A DNA stretch of 63,783 nt, filler included, from Psammoneis japonica (lineage: Eukaryota), in NCBI GenBank assembly GCA_008632985.1. It is 4 parts of 4 records of this genome, joined end to end, with 100 filler letters (N's around TTAATTAATTAA, not from the genome) between each part and the next. Parts side by side here need not be neighbours in the genome. Positions count along the whole stretch, not along the records: positions 36,148 to 53,829 come from QPGO01000493.1; positions 53,930 to 63,783 come from QPGO01000551.1; 2 more parts are not named here. One strand, 5' to 3'. The notes below the pieces were generated by a model, which was not told where the DNA came from, made no database searches, and saw only the letters and a program-made list of their open reading frames with translations. A program made the position numbers and the translations under genes. Of the stretch, positions 50,310 to 62,212 are shown piece after piece (within the stretch, counting starts at the first letter, position 1; each line of letters opens with the position of its first letter).

Positions 50310-52770
50310 GTTGGACAAATGCTGTGTGACGATGCTGTGCACAAACATGCCTGAATGTGTGTGCGGAGAAGGGGCTCAACAGCTGGCCGAGTGGCAACTT
50401 CTTTGCCTCTTGGGTTGTTGAGAACCTCCTGCACTCGCCAGGACAGTGTGCAGTGTTCTGAGTGGTTGTGAGTCTTTGTGCTTCCTGAGGTCGCTGGCTT
50501 GAATCGGCCTCAAATCCAAGCCTCCTTTTCTTTCTCAGCCCGCCCCTTTCCAACCCCATCCAGGGTGGGCGGCTGGGCTTCGAGCCCACTCCTCCCTTGG
50601 CCGGATGCGCCACATGGCGCTGGCCCATCCTGCCCAACATGGGGAGTGCATGGCCAAATTCGTGAGTCCTCCGTGCGGATGCACCACATGGTGACAACCC
50701 ATCCTGCGACGAGAGGGAGAGTTGGACAAATGCTGTGTGACGATGATGCGCGCAACACACACCCAAATGTGTGCGCGGAGAAGGGACTCAACAGCCAGCC
50801 GAGTGGCAACTTCTTTGCCTCTTGGGTTGTTGAGAACCTCTTGCACTCGCCAGGGCAGTGTGCAGCGTTCTGAGTGGTTGTGAGTCTTTGCGCTTCCTGA
50901 GGTCGCTGGCTCGAATCGGCCTCAAATCCAAGCCTCCTTTTCTTTCTCGGCCTGCCCCTTTCCAACCCCATCCGGGGTGGGCGGCTGGGCTTCGAGCCCA
51001 CTCCTCCCTTGGCCGGATGCGCCACATGGCACCAACCCATCCTGCCTGACAGAGGGAGTGCATGGTCAAATTCGCAAGTCCGCTGTGCAGATGCACCACA
51101 TGGCAACAACCCAGAGTTGGACAAATGCTGTGCGATGATGCTGTGCACAACACACGCATCAGAGTGCACGAAATGTCAAAAATGTGTGGATTTGCATGAT
51201 GGCAATTTGTCAAAATGTTGCAAAAAATTGTTGTCGCACAATGACAGGCCAACCTCTGGTTGCAAGTTTGCTGTGCCAATGTCACGACAACTTGTTGAGA
51301 ATCATGTGCGCCATTTTTCACTGTGCCCACATCGCCATTTCTGCCTCCACCTTGTTGCCATGTGCCAACCCATGATTGCATTGCCGCGCAATCCTTCGTT
51401 TGTCAATTTTTGCAAACAGGGGTGTGATCACAGAACCACTTGCATGCCTGCTTGTTCCTTCGTTTGCTGCCAGCGACAGTGTCTGGGCCAAGCGGATCCC
51501 ATGTCGGCACAATCGGGATGTCTTTCTTTTCGTTCTTGTCGCGGCTTGACTTTTTCCTGCCTTGCTTTTTCCTCTTGACTGCCGCCTTGAGTTTCTTTTC
51601 TTTTTCCTTTCCCTCTTCCTTGGCGACAACGCCTGCACAGACAAAGCATCACCGTCATCTTCTTGCGAGATGCACGCAACTCTCGAGTCACACACATTGG
51701 TCACCCAACTTGCGGGCCATTGCCTCCGCCCCAACAGCCGAACACACCGTGTTTCTGAGATTGTCAACTTGCCTTTTTGCCGCCTCTTTTGCCCATTCCT
51801 CCCAAGTTCCTGACCAATTTGAAGTGTCCATGTTGCCACCAGCAATCTGTTTCTTGACAAACATTGAGACGCTCCCATTGCTTGCCAATTCTGACGGACT
51901 GAGAAACTTCACCTGTGGAAAGAGATCATTTCCAGCCACCTTCTCCACTTCTGGTTTCAGCGCACCATGCGCTGCCTGCGCGCCCATTCTCTTCTTCATC
52001 TTCAACGCTGCCTGAAGTCTCAGGCTCATTGGCTCAACAGTCTCATTTTTCTTTCTCTTCTTTGCCGGTGGTGCTGGAGACGACATCTTGATCTTTTCAC
52101 AGCAGGCCTGCTCCAGCTCCAGGTGCTCCGCGCGGGTTCGATTCCCATCATTTGGAAATTTGTGCATTTGGCGCAATTGACTTTTTCCAAATCCGTTTTT
52201 TGGCAAATCAAAGGGTGAGTGTGCACTTCACATGCATTTTTGGGTGTGCACTCACCTTTCGATTTTCGAAACGATCAAAATTGAAGGAGTCAATTGTGCC
52301 AAACTGCGCAGAAAATCGGCCTCTCGCGTGATGAAAAGCAGAGCACCTGGAGCTGGAACAGGCCAGCAACAATGAGAGGAGCATTGCTGTTTGACAGTGC
52401 AGCCGTCATTTCGGTCGTGTTGAGACAGCCAGCCACTCCATTTTTTCTCCACAACATTGAACAAATTGTTGTCAGCAACCACGCTGCTGCAGTGCATCCT
52501 TGCTCCGAAGAGTGCGCTCCAATGAGGAATGTCCCCATTTGCGTGGCTGCTGCCATGTGGGTTGATCCAGCCAATGGAAAGCCACGCCCACTGCCAGCCC
52601 ACGAGGCTGTGTTTTTCATTGAAAGAATGACTGACACCCTGCTGTGCCCCAGCCAACTGTGAGCAAGTGAGCTGACTGTCCACAACACCCCTCGTCAGTT
52701 TGACCCCAACAGCGCGCACTCTGTTGTTTTCCCTGACTTGAAAATCAGGGTGCTTTTGCGTGCGCAAGGT
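50310..52770 (+). repeat. Direct segmental duplicate of 39545-41550 with an extra ~460 bp (about 52020-52485)
   Basis: Colinear near-identical sequence and ORF translations (e.g. 40569..41129 vs 51318..51878). A more diverged inverted relative lies at ~58745-60035. Confidence 0.88.
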
Positions 52771-52827
52771 GAGTTGAGTGCCAGAGCGGGACTTGGGCCT
52801 GTCTGCAGAGAAGACTTCAATGTCAAG

Positions 52828-53510
52828 GTCAAACAAACATGTCTTGAAAACAAACATGTCTTTTCAAGGAAAACAAACATGTCGTTTCAAGGAAAACAAA
52901 CACGTCGCTTCAAGGGAAAAAAATGTCTTTTCAAGGAAAACAAACATGGCATTTCAAGGAAAACAAACATGTGGTTTCAATGAAAACAACCATGTCTTTT
53001 CTGGGAAAACAAGTGTGTCGTTTCAAGGAAAACAAGCACGTCTTTTCAAGGAAAACAAACACTTCATTTCAAGGAAAACAAACATGTCTTTTCAAGGAAA
53101 ACAAACGTGTTGTTTCAAGGAAAACAAACGTGTTGTTTCAAGGAAAACAAACATGTCTTTTCAAGGAAAACAAACGTGTCATTTCAAAGAAAACAAACAT
53201 GTGGTTTCAAGGAAAACAAACATGTCTTTTCAAGGAAAACAAATGTGTCATTTCAAGAAAAACAATCGCGTCATTTCAAGGAAAACAAACATGTCTTTTC
53301 AGGGAAAACAAACGTTTCTTTTCAATGAAAACAAACATGTCGTTTCAAAGAAAACAAACATGTCTTGAAAACAAACATGTCTTTTCAAGGAAAACAAACA
53401 TGTCGTTTCAAGGAAAACAAACATGTCGTTTCAAGGGGGAAAAAATGTCTTTTCAAGGACAACAAACATGTTGTTTCAAGGAAAACAAACATGTGTTTTC
53501 AAGGAAAACG
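52828..53510 (+). repeat. 23-bp satellite array
   Basis: Same unit. Confidence 0.95.
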
Positions 53511-54379
53511 TCAGACTGGACATTGGATGTTTGCCGCTCAAGACAGCACAGAGCCAACAGAGACAAAATTTGCCAGGGGCCCCACTCAAGATGGCGCCTG
53601 CCACTCCAGACTGGATGTTGAGCACTCGAGACACTGAAGCTCACCACTTGAGACGATGACAGACGCGCTCCAGGTCCAGGTGGGACCTCGCACTGCTGAA
53701 CTGTGACATCGACAGTTTTTTGAATCACGTCGCATGTTGCGCACGCAGATTTCTGCGTGATTTTTTTGACATTTTTTGTCATTTTATGGTGCACTCATTG
53801 AGCGATCCGTCCAACAACTTTTGACATTTNNNNNNNNNNNNNNNNNNNNNNNNNNNNNNNNNNNNNNNNNNNNTTAATTAATTAANNNNNNNNNNNNNNN
53901 NNNNNNNNNNNNNNNNNNNNNNNNNNNNNCTGTGCTGCTCTTTTCTTTGGAAAGCCCAGGCTTGCCCACTTCATCTCCTGATTCCTCGTTGATCGGATCG
54001 AACTGCTCCTGCACATTGCGGGCTCTTTCCACCTTTTTGCGCTGCAAAGCAGCCCATTCCCAGGTGCACAAACTTGCTCAACACACAAAATGAGATTGTT
54101 GGACAGCAAGTCATGTGGGGAGAAAACCACCTGCAGTTCTCTTGGATTGCAGCTTGGTCAACCACACAAAGACATTTGACGGGTTCCAGCCCTGGGCAGG
54201 ACTCCATGTGACATTGGGCCCGTAGAATTCTGCATGCGAGCTCCACAGCAAACTTGTGCTGCAATGAAAACGCAAATGATTGCAGCCAGAAAAAGAGGCA
54301 ATTTTACGAGCGTGTCTCCTCCTTCATGCTTGGAGCACATCATTGACAGTTTGCCCAGGCATGTTCTTCAGATGGTCAA

Positions 54380-55400
54380 AGCTTTTTCAAACAAGTCAAG
54401 AAGGTTGTCACAACCTTTTCAAACAAGTCAAAATGGTTGTCACAACTTTTTCAAACAAGCCAAAAAGGCTGTCATGACTTTTTCAAACAAGTCAAGAAGT
54501 TGTCACAACTTTTCCAAGCAAGTCAAAAAGGTCGTCACAACTTTTTCAAATGAGTCAAAAAAGTTGTCACAACTTTTTCAAAGGAGTCAAAAAGAACTTT
54601 TACAATGAGTCAAAAAGGTTGTCACGACTTTTTCAAACAAGTCAAAAAAAGGTTGTCACAACTTTTTCAAACAAGTCAAAAAGGTTGTCACAACTTTTGC
54701 AAACAAGTCAAAAAGGTTGTCACAACTTTTGCAAACAAGTTAAAAAGGTTGTTGCAACTTTTTCAAACAAGTCAAAAGGTTGTCACAACTTTTCCAAACA
54801 AGTCAAAAAGGTTGTCACAACTTTTGCAAACAAGTTAAAAAGGTTGTTGCAACTTTTTCAAACAAGTCAAAAAGGTTGTCACAACTTTTCCAAACAAGTC
54901 AAAAAGGTTGTCACAACTTTTGCAAACAAGTCAAAAAGGTTGTCACAACTTTTGCAAACAAGTTAAAAGGGTTGTTGCAACTTTTTCAAACAAGTCAAAA
55001 AGGTTGTCACAACTTTTTCAAACAAGTCAAAAAGGCTTTTGCCTTTTTTTCAAACAAGTCAAAAAGGTTTTTGCAGCATTTGCAAACAAGTCAAAAATGT
55101 TGTTGCAATTTTTTCAAACAAGTCAAAAAGGTCATCAAAACCTTTTCAAACAAGTCAAAAAGGTTGTGACAACTTTCAAACAAGCCAAAAAGTTTGTCAC
55201 AATTTTTTCAAACAAGTCAAAAAGGTTGTTGCAACTTTTTCAAACAAGTCAAAAAGGTTGTCGCAACTTTTGCAAACAAGTCAAAAAGGTTGTTGCAACT
55301 TTTGCAAACAAGTCAAAAAGGTTGTCACAACTTTTTGAAACAAGTCAAATGGGTTGTCACAACTTTTTTACAAGCAAATGAGTCAAAAAGGTTGTCAGAA
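54380..55400 (+). repeat. 32-bp satellite AAACAAGTCAAAAAGGTTGTCACAACTTTTTC
   Basis: 32-nt period (e.g. 54669, 54701), about 30 copies. Each unit has an imperfect internal dyad AAAAGGTTG-TCA-CAACTTTT. Confidence 0.95.
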
Positions 55401-58400
55401 AGGTTCTTGCACAGCCAAATTTTCAGCTGGGGCAAAAGAAAGGCTGTGTGCCTGGCTTCAAGCATTTCTGCACAGCCGTCCTCCAGCCTCTGGGTTGGAG
55501 TGGACCAGCCCACACATTTCTGGTGCAGCGCCAGAGCGCGGCAGAGAAGAGGCATGCAGGGCTGGTGAAGTCATGGGCGCCACTGCCAACAGTTGATGCC
55601 ATCATCTGTCCTTGGCAGCTGGCACTCTGTGCTCCAATGGCTTTCACCTTTTGAGCTCCCTGCCACTGCAAGATCTCTCTTTCTGCCAAAAAGGAGCTCT
55701 GCTCTGCTTCTCTTCACTGTGTGGCGTGCTGGATTCTTGCTTCTTTTGAGCCCCTGTCTGATCCTGCTCATCTCACTCCTTCATGACAGCATGACTCCAA
55801 GCCCCTTTGGAAGCTGCCGCAGCTTTTTGAAGCCCTCGTCCTTGAACCCCATCCCTTGGTGCTCCAAATTTTGCCCTGCCACAGCCTCCTGCCTGGCTCT
55901 TTCCATCGTGGCTCCATTTGCCAGCTCCACCAAGAAGCCTGCTCCCATGCATTGCCCCTTTCTGCCTCCCCCTGACTTTTCTGCTTCTTTCTGCTGTTTC
56001 TCTGCCCAAGTTTGTGCTGATGAGGACAGCTTCCACTCTGCCTGCTCCAAGCTCACCTCTGTTTTTCCAGCAGCCGCTGTCACCCCTGGGTGCCTCCCCA
56101 ACATCCTCAAGCTCTGTCCATCCCGCCTGCGCCCCTCTGATGCTCCCACAGCTCCCTCAACTTGATCTGCTTCCTCCCTCCATGATGGGCCCATTGAGCT
56201 CTCCACCAAAGCTCTCCTTTCTGCCCACTCCAAGTGCAAACCTGGCACCACTGCTGGCGTCTTTGTCGACTCCACTGATCTCTTCAAGCCCCATGTGCTC
56301 CACTCTGCCAGGTCCCCTGTGGGAGACTCCCAGCATCCCCGCCTCTCCTCCTTCCATGAGTTTGTCCTTCTTCTCCTTTGTGGCTCCACCCCCTTCTCCA
56401 GCCTTCCCTTGTTCACCTCAAGTTGCTTTGTTGCCCTCCACAACAATGCTGTCAATCTGGAAAAACTCCTCCCCATTGGCGCTGGGGCAATTTTGGTTTT
56501 GACAGCCAGAGCAAAAAAAGACATCTGTCTGCTCAGTGCGCTGGTCCACTCTGACAATCTTGTGGCCTGGATTGCAGCTGCAGTGGCATCTTCCATTCAA
56601 ACACAACATGGCACTCTTTTTCTCCATGCTGTTGAAGCAATCGATGAAACAGCCACAAGCTTTTCATGCTCCACATTGCTGTTGCAGACTCCCACACTCA
56701 ATTTGCAACATCTTGAACATGCGCTCACTGCACTGCCATCGGACACATCAGTGCGCGAGTCTTGCCTCCATCAAAAAACAAGCAATCAATCCCAGCACAT
56801 GACACCCAGATCTCCGCTCAATTGACCAAGAACTCCAGGAGTGCATTCCAGGCCACTCTTTCACCTCTCCAGGCTCTTGCGTTGATGATGCTCATGCTTT
56901 TCTTCCCAACTCCATTCTCCACGCATGGCATTGCCCCCAACCTCTGCAAAACCAAGATCCCAGCATCCACCACCGGCATCAGCCCTGCTCCTGCTCTCTC
57001 TCCTCCCTGCACCAACTCTCTCCGTGCTGCTCTCTCCTGTCTTGACCCTGCAAACAATCCCTCCTGCAATCCCAAGATTTTGCCAGCTCCTTCCTCTCTG
57101 ACATTTCCTCCACTCTGTCTCACAAAGCTGTCACGACAAGCAAAACCCAGAGTCAACTCTTCAAACACTGCTTCATCCCCTCCTCTGCCCACCTCCTTGG
57201 CGCAGACTTCTGCTGCAACTTTGACCCCAACAACTCCTCCAATCCTTTCCTCTGGACTTCACTGTTTCAAGGTTTCCTTCTCGCTGTCATTCTTGCTGCT
57301 TTCTCCACTGTGCCGCCTCCCATGCTGCTCCTTTCCCCAATCATTCCGTGGCCACAACCTTCCTCCCGGCATTGCTTGGCAGCCTTGGCCTTCAAGATCC
57401 AACAGCCGCTGCAATCACATTGCTTGTGGTGCCCCTGCTTTGCTTGTTCCACTTTGCGTCCGGCCTGTTCCAGCTCCAGGTGCTCCGCGCGGGTTCGATT
57501 CCCATCATTTGGCAATTTGTGCATTTGGCGCAATTGACTTTTTCACAATCCGTTTTTTGCCAAATGGAAGGGTGAGTGCACACTTCACATGTGTTTTTGG
57601 GTGTGCACTTGCCTTTCGATTTTCAAAACGATCAAAATTGAAGGAGTTGATTGCGCCAAACTGCGCAGAAAATCGGCCTTTCGAGTGATGAAAAGCAGAG
57701 CACCTGGAGCTGGAACAGGCTGTCCCATGGCATCAAGCCACCATCAGGCATTGCAGCTGCTCTTCCACACTGCTTTTGACTTTCTCTGTCCTCTTCATGA
57801 TGGTTTCACGTGCACAGACGAGGACCCTGTGCGCAGGTTCTGGTGCTGATCTGATTTGCACCAAGACTGCGCGTGCATTTCCACACAGTGATGACATCTC
57901 ACAAATCTCGGAACAAAGCAGCAGTGAAAAAAACCACTCACATGCTGAACCAATGCAATGGCACTTCCATCAGTGCAGTTGCTGCGGCACTGCTGTCAAG
58001 GGTCAAAACAAAACAAAAGGAAGAAAGGTGCCGGCAGAGCACAAAGAAATTGTGCCATCTTTGAAGCTCTCTTGTTCTTCTGACTTCACTGCCTTTGCCC
58101 TTCTTGAAACTGTTGTGTGAGACTTGTCATGCTCAGGTTTCACAGCCTGCTTGCACCGCTTGCAACCTTCAACCTTTGCATGAGCAAAGATGAGTTGTCT
58201 TCAATTTTGTGATTTCAAAGCTGACAGCGATGTTTTGTTCATGCCTTGGGATGAGCTGGATCTGGGATCAGATCTTGGGTTTGCAGCTCTTGGGCAACTG
58301 AGTGACATGTTGGCGAGTGTCTCCAATGGCAGGCTGTTCACAAAAAACTTTTGCCACACCCAGGACAGAGAAGAGGGTTTCCATCCATTGCCAATCAGAC

Positions 58401-60619
58401 AACATTGACAGGGCCTTCATCCAGACTCATGCTCACTGTCCTTGTCTTGTGGGCGAGAAGGAAAAAGAAGAACAACATGAAAAAAATGGCAGGAAATTGG
58501 CAAACATTGCATTGTCTTCCAGATTTGAATGACTCTCATGGGCATGACGTGTCTGTGTTTTGATTTTTTTGTCTCGCACTCACAATGGACATTGCACTTT
58601 TGAATTGCTGTCGAAATTCAGGATGTCATCTCCGTTGAAAATTGATGACAGCCACATCAAAAAGCAAGCATGACTTTTTGTTGTTGCACACACACACACA
58701 TTTTCAAATTTCAGTGTTGCTCACAACAACCCGCGCAATGTCACAGAGAAAAATGGAGTGGCTGGCTGTCTCAACACAACCCAAATGATGGCTGCACTCT
58801 TGAACAGCAACACTCCTCTCATTGTTGCCGTGAAAAGATCAAGATGTTGTCCCCAGCACCGCTGGCAAAGAAGAGAAAGACAAATGAGGCCATCAAGCCA
58901 ATGAGCTCAAGGCTTCAGGCAGTGTTGAAGAGAACAGGTGTGCAGGCAGTGCATGGTGCCATGAAATCAGAAGCAGAGAAGGTTGCTGGAAACAATCTCT
59001 TTCCACAGGTGAAGTTTCTCAGTCTGTCAGAATTGGCAAGCTGGAGGGAAAGGAAAAAGAAAAGAAACTCAAGGCGGCAAGGAGGAAAAAGAAAAGCAGG
59101 AAAAGTCAAACCGTGACAAGAGCAAAGAAGAAGAAATCCCGTTTGTGCCAACATGGGATCCATTCATCCCAGACACTGTCGCCGGCGGCAAACAAAGGGA
59201 CACGCAGGCATGCAAGTGGTTCTGTGATCACATCCTGCCTCAAACAAAGCAAAAGCAGGCACGGAGCAGTGCCGTCAAAACTGGGAACGCACAGGTCTCA
59301 CATTTGTTTGTCATCGGTGATGAAGCTTTGGCGCTGTCAGCCATGGAGAATTGCTGGCAGGTGTGGGCATGCAGGAATGAGGAGGAGGCGGTGAAAGAAT
59401 TGGGTGAAGAAATGGACCCCGAAGAAACAAGGCCTGCACTTTGGCGCACAAAGCCAAAGGAACAACGAGTGTCTTGGGGAGACAACGGGATCAAGCGGCC
59501 CAACAATTTGTGCCAAGAGGTGACGAAAGATGGAGACTCCAAGGAGGGCAAGGAATTTGAAAAGTGACAAGGATCAGGAGGAAGGCGCAAAAGGCAAAAC
59601 AAATGATGGAAGAGACGAGTCCGATGGAGACAAGTCCGACAATGATCATCAGCTTGGTTTGAGAGAGTTGCAGCAAGAAAGTGCGCATGTGGTTGACATG
59701 GCACTCGGTCACTGCACCATGAACGTAGCAAGAAATTGACTTGACAGATGAAATGCTTTTCTTGTTTAAAACAAAGTTCGCACAAATTGACAAACCAAGG
59801 ATTGTGCTGCAATGCAGCCACGCATTGGCATGTGGCGATGAGGTGGAGCCAGATGTGGTGATGTGGATGCAGTGAAAAATGGCACACATGATTGTCAACA
59901 AATTGTTGCAACGCAGGTGCAGCAAACTTGCAGCCAGAGGCAGGCCTGTTGCTGCATGATGACAATTTGTTGAAGCACATTTAAAAAACACCATTGTGTG
60001 AATCTGCACATTGTTGACATTTCGTGCACTCTGATGCTTGCCCTCAACCTCCGCAAAACCAAGATCCCAACATCTGCCGCTGGTGCTCCCCGTGCCAACT
60101 CTCTCTGTGCTGCTCTTTCCTTGGGAAAGCCCAGGCTTGCCCACATCATCTCCTGATTCCTCGTTGATCAGATCGAACTGCTCCTGCACATTGCGGGCTC
60201 TTTCCTCCTTTTTGTGCTGCAAAGCAGCCCATTCCCAGGTGTGCAAACTTGTTCAACACACAAAATGAGATTGTTGGACAGCAAGTCATGTGGGGAGAAA
60301 CCCACCTGCAGCACAAACAAATGACACTTGTCAACTTCACGGCAAACAAACAACAACCTGCACATTTTTTGCCAGCTCTCTCTCTCTTGGAACATGCCTG
60401 ACCAGTTCTCTTGGATTGCAGCTTGGTCAACCAAACAAAGATGTTTGATGGGTTCTAGCCCTGGGCGGGACTCCGTGTGACATTGAGCCCGCAGAATTCT
60501 GCATGCGAGCTCCACAGCAAATTTGTGCTGCAACGAAAATGCAAATGATTGCAGCCAGAAAAAGAGGCAATTTTACGAGCATGTCTCCTCCTTCATGCTT
60601 GCCCAGGCATGTTCTTCAG

Positions 60620-62130
60620 ACATCAAAGAATTTGTTCTGGTGAATGTTGAAAAAAGAAAGCCTTTGGCTTCGCAAAACAGGAAGCATGGAACAATTTTGC
60701 AGAACATGACATGCAGAAATGCACGTGCGCAACACGCGCTTGCTGCAGTGAGATTTTGCAGGTGCGAGTCCTTCGGGCATCGGATCTCATCTGATCACCG
60801 CACCCACTTTGTTGGCTTCAATGCCGTTGCATTGTTTGGCAACCCTGCCGTTGATTCACCTCGTGCGGAATGCCGTGACTTGCTGCTGAACTCTCCGAAG
60901 CATGTCACCACCTGCCTTGAGACTGTGGCGCCCCTTCCACAAAGTCAAAACGTCAGAGAATGCACCGAATCACTGACACAGCTCAAGACGCCTGACCACA
61001 AATTGGCAGAGAGACTTGATCGAGACATGCTGCAGCTCTTCTCAGCATCCACCAAATGTTGTCGCAAGTGCAAAGAGCCGGAATGGTCTGTCAAATTGGC
61101 CAACTTACGACAACAGATCTTCGCATTGTCCAGGATGATGTCCATGTTCCGCAATGAAGTGAGTGTGGTTCCCACAAATCTGCGCGCCAAATTTGACCTC
61201 AAAGATTCCTTCATTCTTCCATTGACATCACAGGAGTGTGCCGCTGCACTTTGGAAAGCTCAGTCAGAGTGCCATCAAGTCACACGAGAGAGTCAGAAAC
61301 ACTGTGAAGAAGAAAGAGATGCACGGATCGCAGAACTCGAGCTAGAATGTGTGAAACAGTCAAAGGCAAAAGCCCGGATGCTGCAAAACCAACGCTGCGC
61401 TGAAGAAACCAAACGAGTCTTTTGGAAAATCAATGCATGCAAAAAGTCAGAAGACTCCAGCATGCGAGCCATTCAAATTCCAGCAGATCCTCGAGATGAT
61501 CCAAAGACATGTGAGAATTGGACGACGACAGATGCTCCAGACGATGTCGAACCCGCACTTCAGCACCGCAGTCAATGCCATTTGGGGCAGGCACATGGAA
61601 CTCCTCCTGCGGTTCCTCCCTTGTCAGTGGATCTCGGGTGTGAAGGAGATGCCATCATGGCTGACCTGACCTTGGACGGTGAACACGAAACGGAACAACT
61701 GAGCCGGGCTGCATCATTGCTGATCCAGCATCTCTGACGACGCACACCCCCAGCAGCCCCTGGCGCCCTTTCTCCTGAAGCCCTGCGGTCAAAGACTGCA
61801 TTGTGGTCTGAATCCACCTCTGCATCATTGAAATCGGGGACTCATTTGGGGCACTGGAAAGCCATGCATGCTCCTCATTCTCATGCATCTGATTGCGACA
61901 ACGATGGGAATCCATCCAAGCGGAAAGAACTGCTGGATTCGGCTCAACAGACTTTTGTGGCAATGCGGCTCAACTTGATTGATTGCGCTCTGAAGTGGGG
62001 CCACTCGTGTGATTGCACTTCTTGCTGCAACAGGAACACTCCAGCAATTGTCGGATTGTGTGCGAAGAGCAATGGTGTGCACGAAAGAGCAGTCAAAGTC
62101 AACAGACGTGTTCCAGCCGCACGTGAACCA
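60620..62130 (+). mobile_element. Decayed non-LTR retrotransposon ORF2 fragment (end of endonuclease through pre-RT region)
   Basis: FGHRISSDHR (APE-type SDHR), ALFGN, EWSVKLA, HLGQAHGTP..VPPLS, WSESTSASLKSGTHLGHWKA (E.TSTSPSG.HLGHYKA). Confidence 0.8.
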
Positions 62131-62132
62131 AA

Positions 62133-62212
62133 GGGCCAGGGTTGGGGTTAGGGTCAGGGCCAGGGTTGGGGTCAGGGGTTGGGGTCAGGGTCAGGGGTTG
62201 GGGTTGGGGTTG
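62133..62212 (+). repeat. Proximal degenerate telomeric repeats
   Basis: 13 units: 6 TTGGGG-type, 4 TCAGGG, 2 CCAGGG, 1 TTAGGG. Confidence 0.9.

Noticed and set aside
46846..50421. Long ORFs of FQGKQTC/KENKHV/SRKTNM repeats
   Set aside because: These are translations of a stop-free 23-bp satellite, open in all frames and running through N gaps.
54380..55400. CRISPR-like array (32-bp palindromic repeat)
   Set aside because: Units are head-to-tail with no unique spacers, there are no cas genes, and the context is eukaryotic.
55560..58560. ORFs 55781-56596, 56295-56825 and 56762-57688 as genes
   Set aside because: They are TA-depleted, Tyr-free and overlapping in several frames, with no recognisable motif. 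They are probably decayed repeats, and I could not assign a family.
18084..62212. Classical fungal RIP, an alternative genetic code, or ADAR-type RNA editing as the explanation
   Set aside because: RIP enriches TpA. Neighbouring genes use Tyr and TAA/TAG normally. Both TG and CA outcomes occur within one element, and a MITE, satellites and telomere repeats are affected, which strand-specific RNA editing cannot explain.
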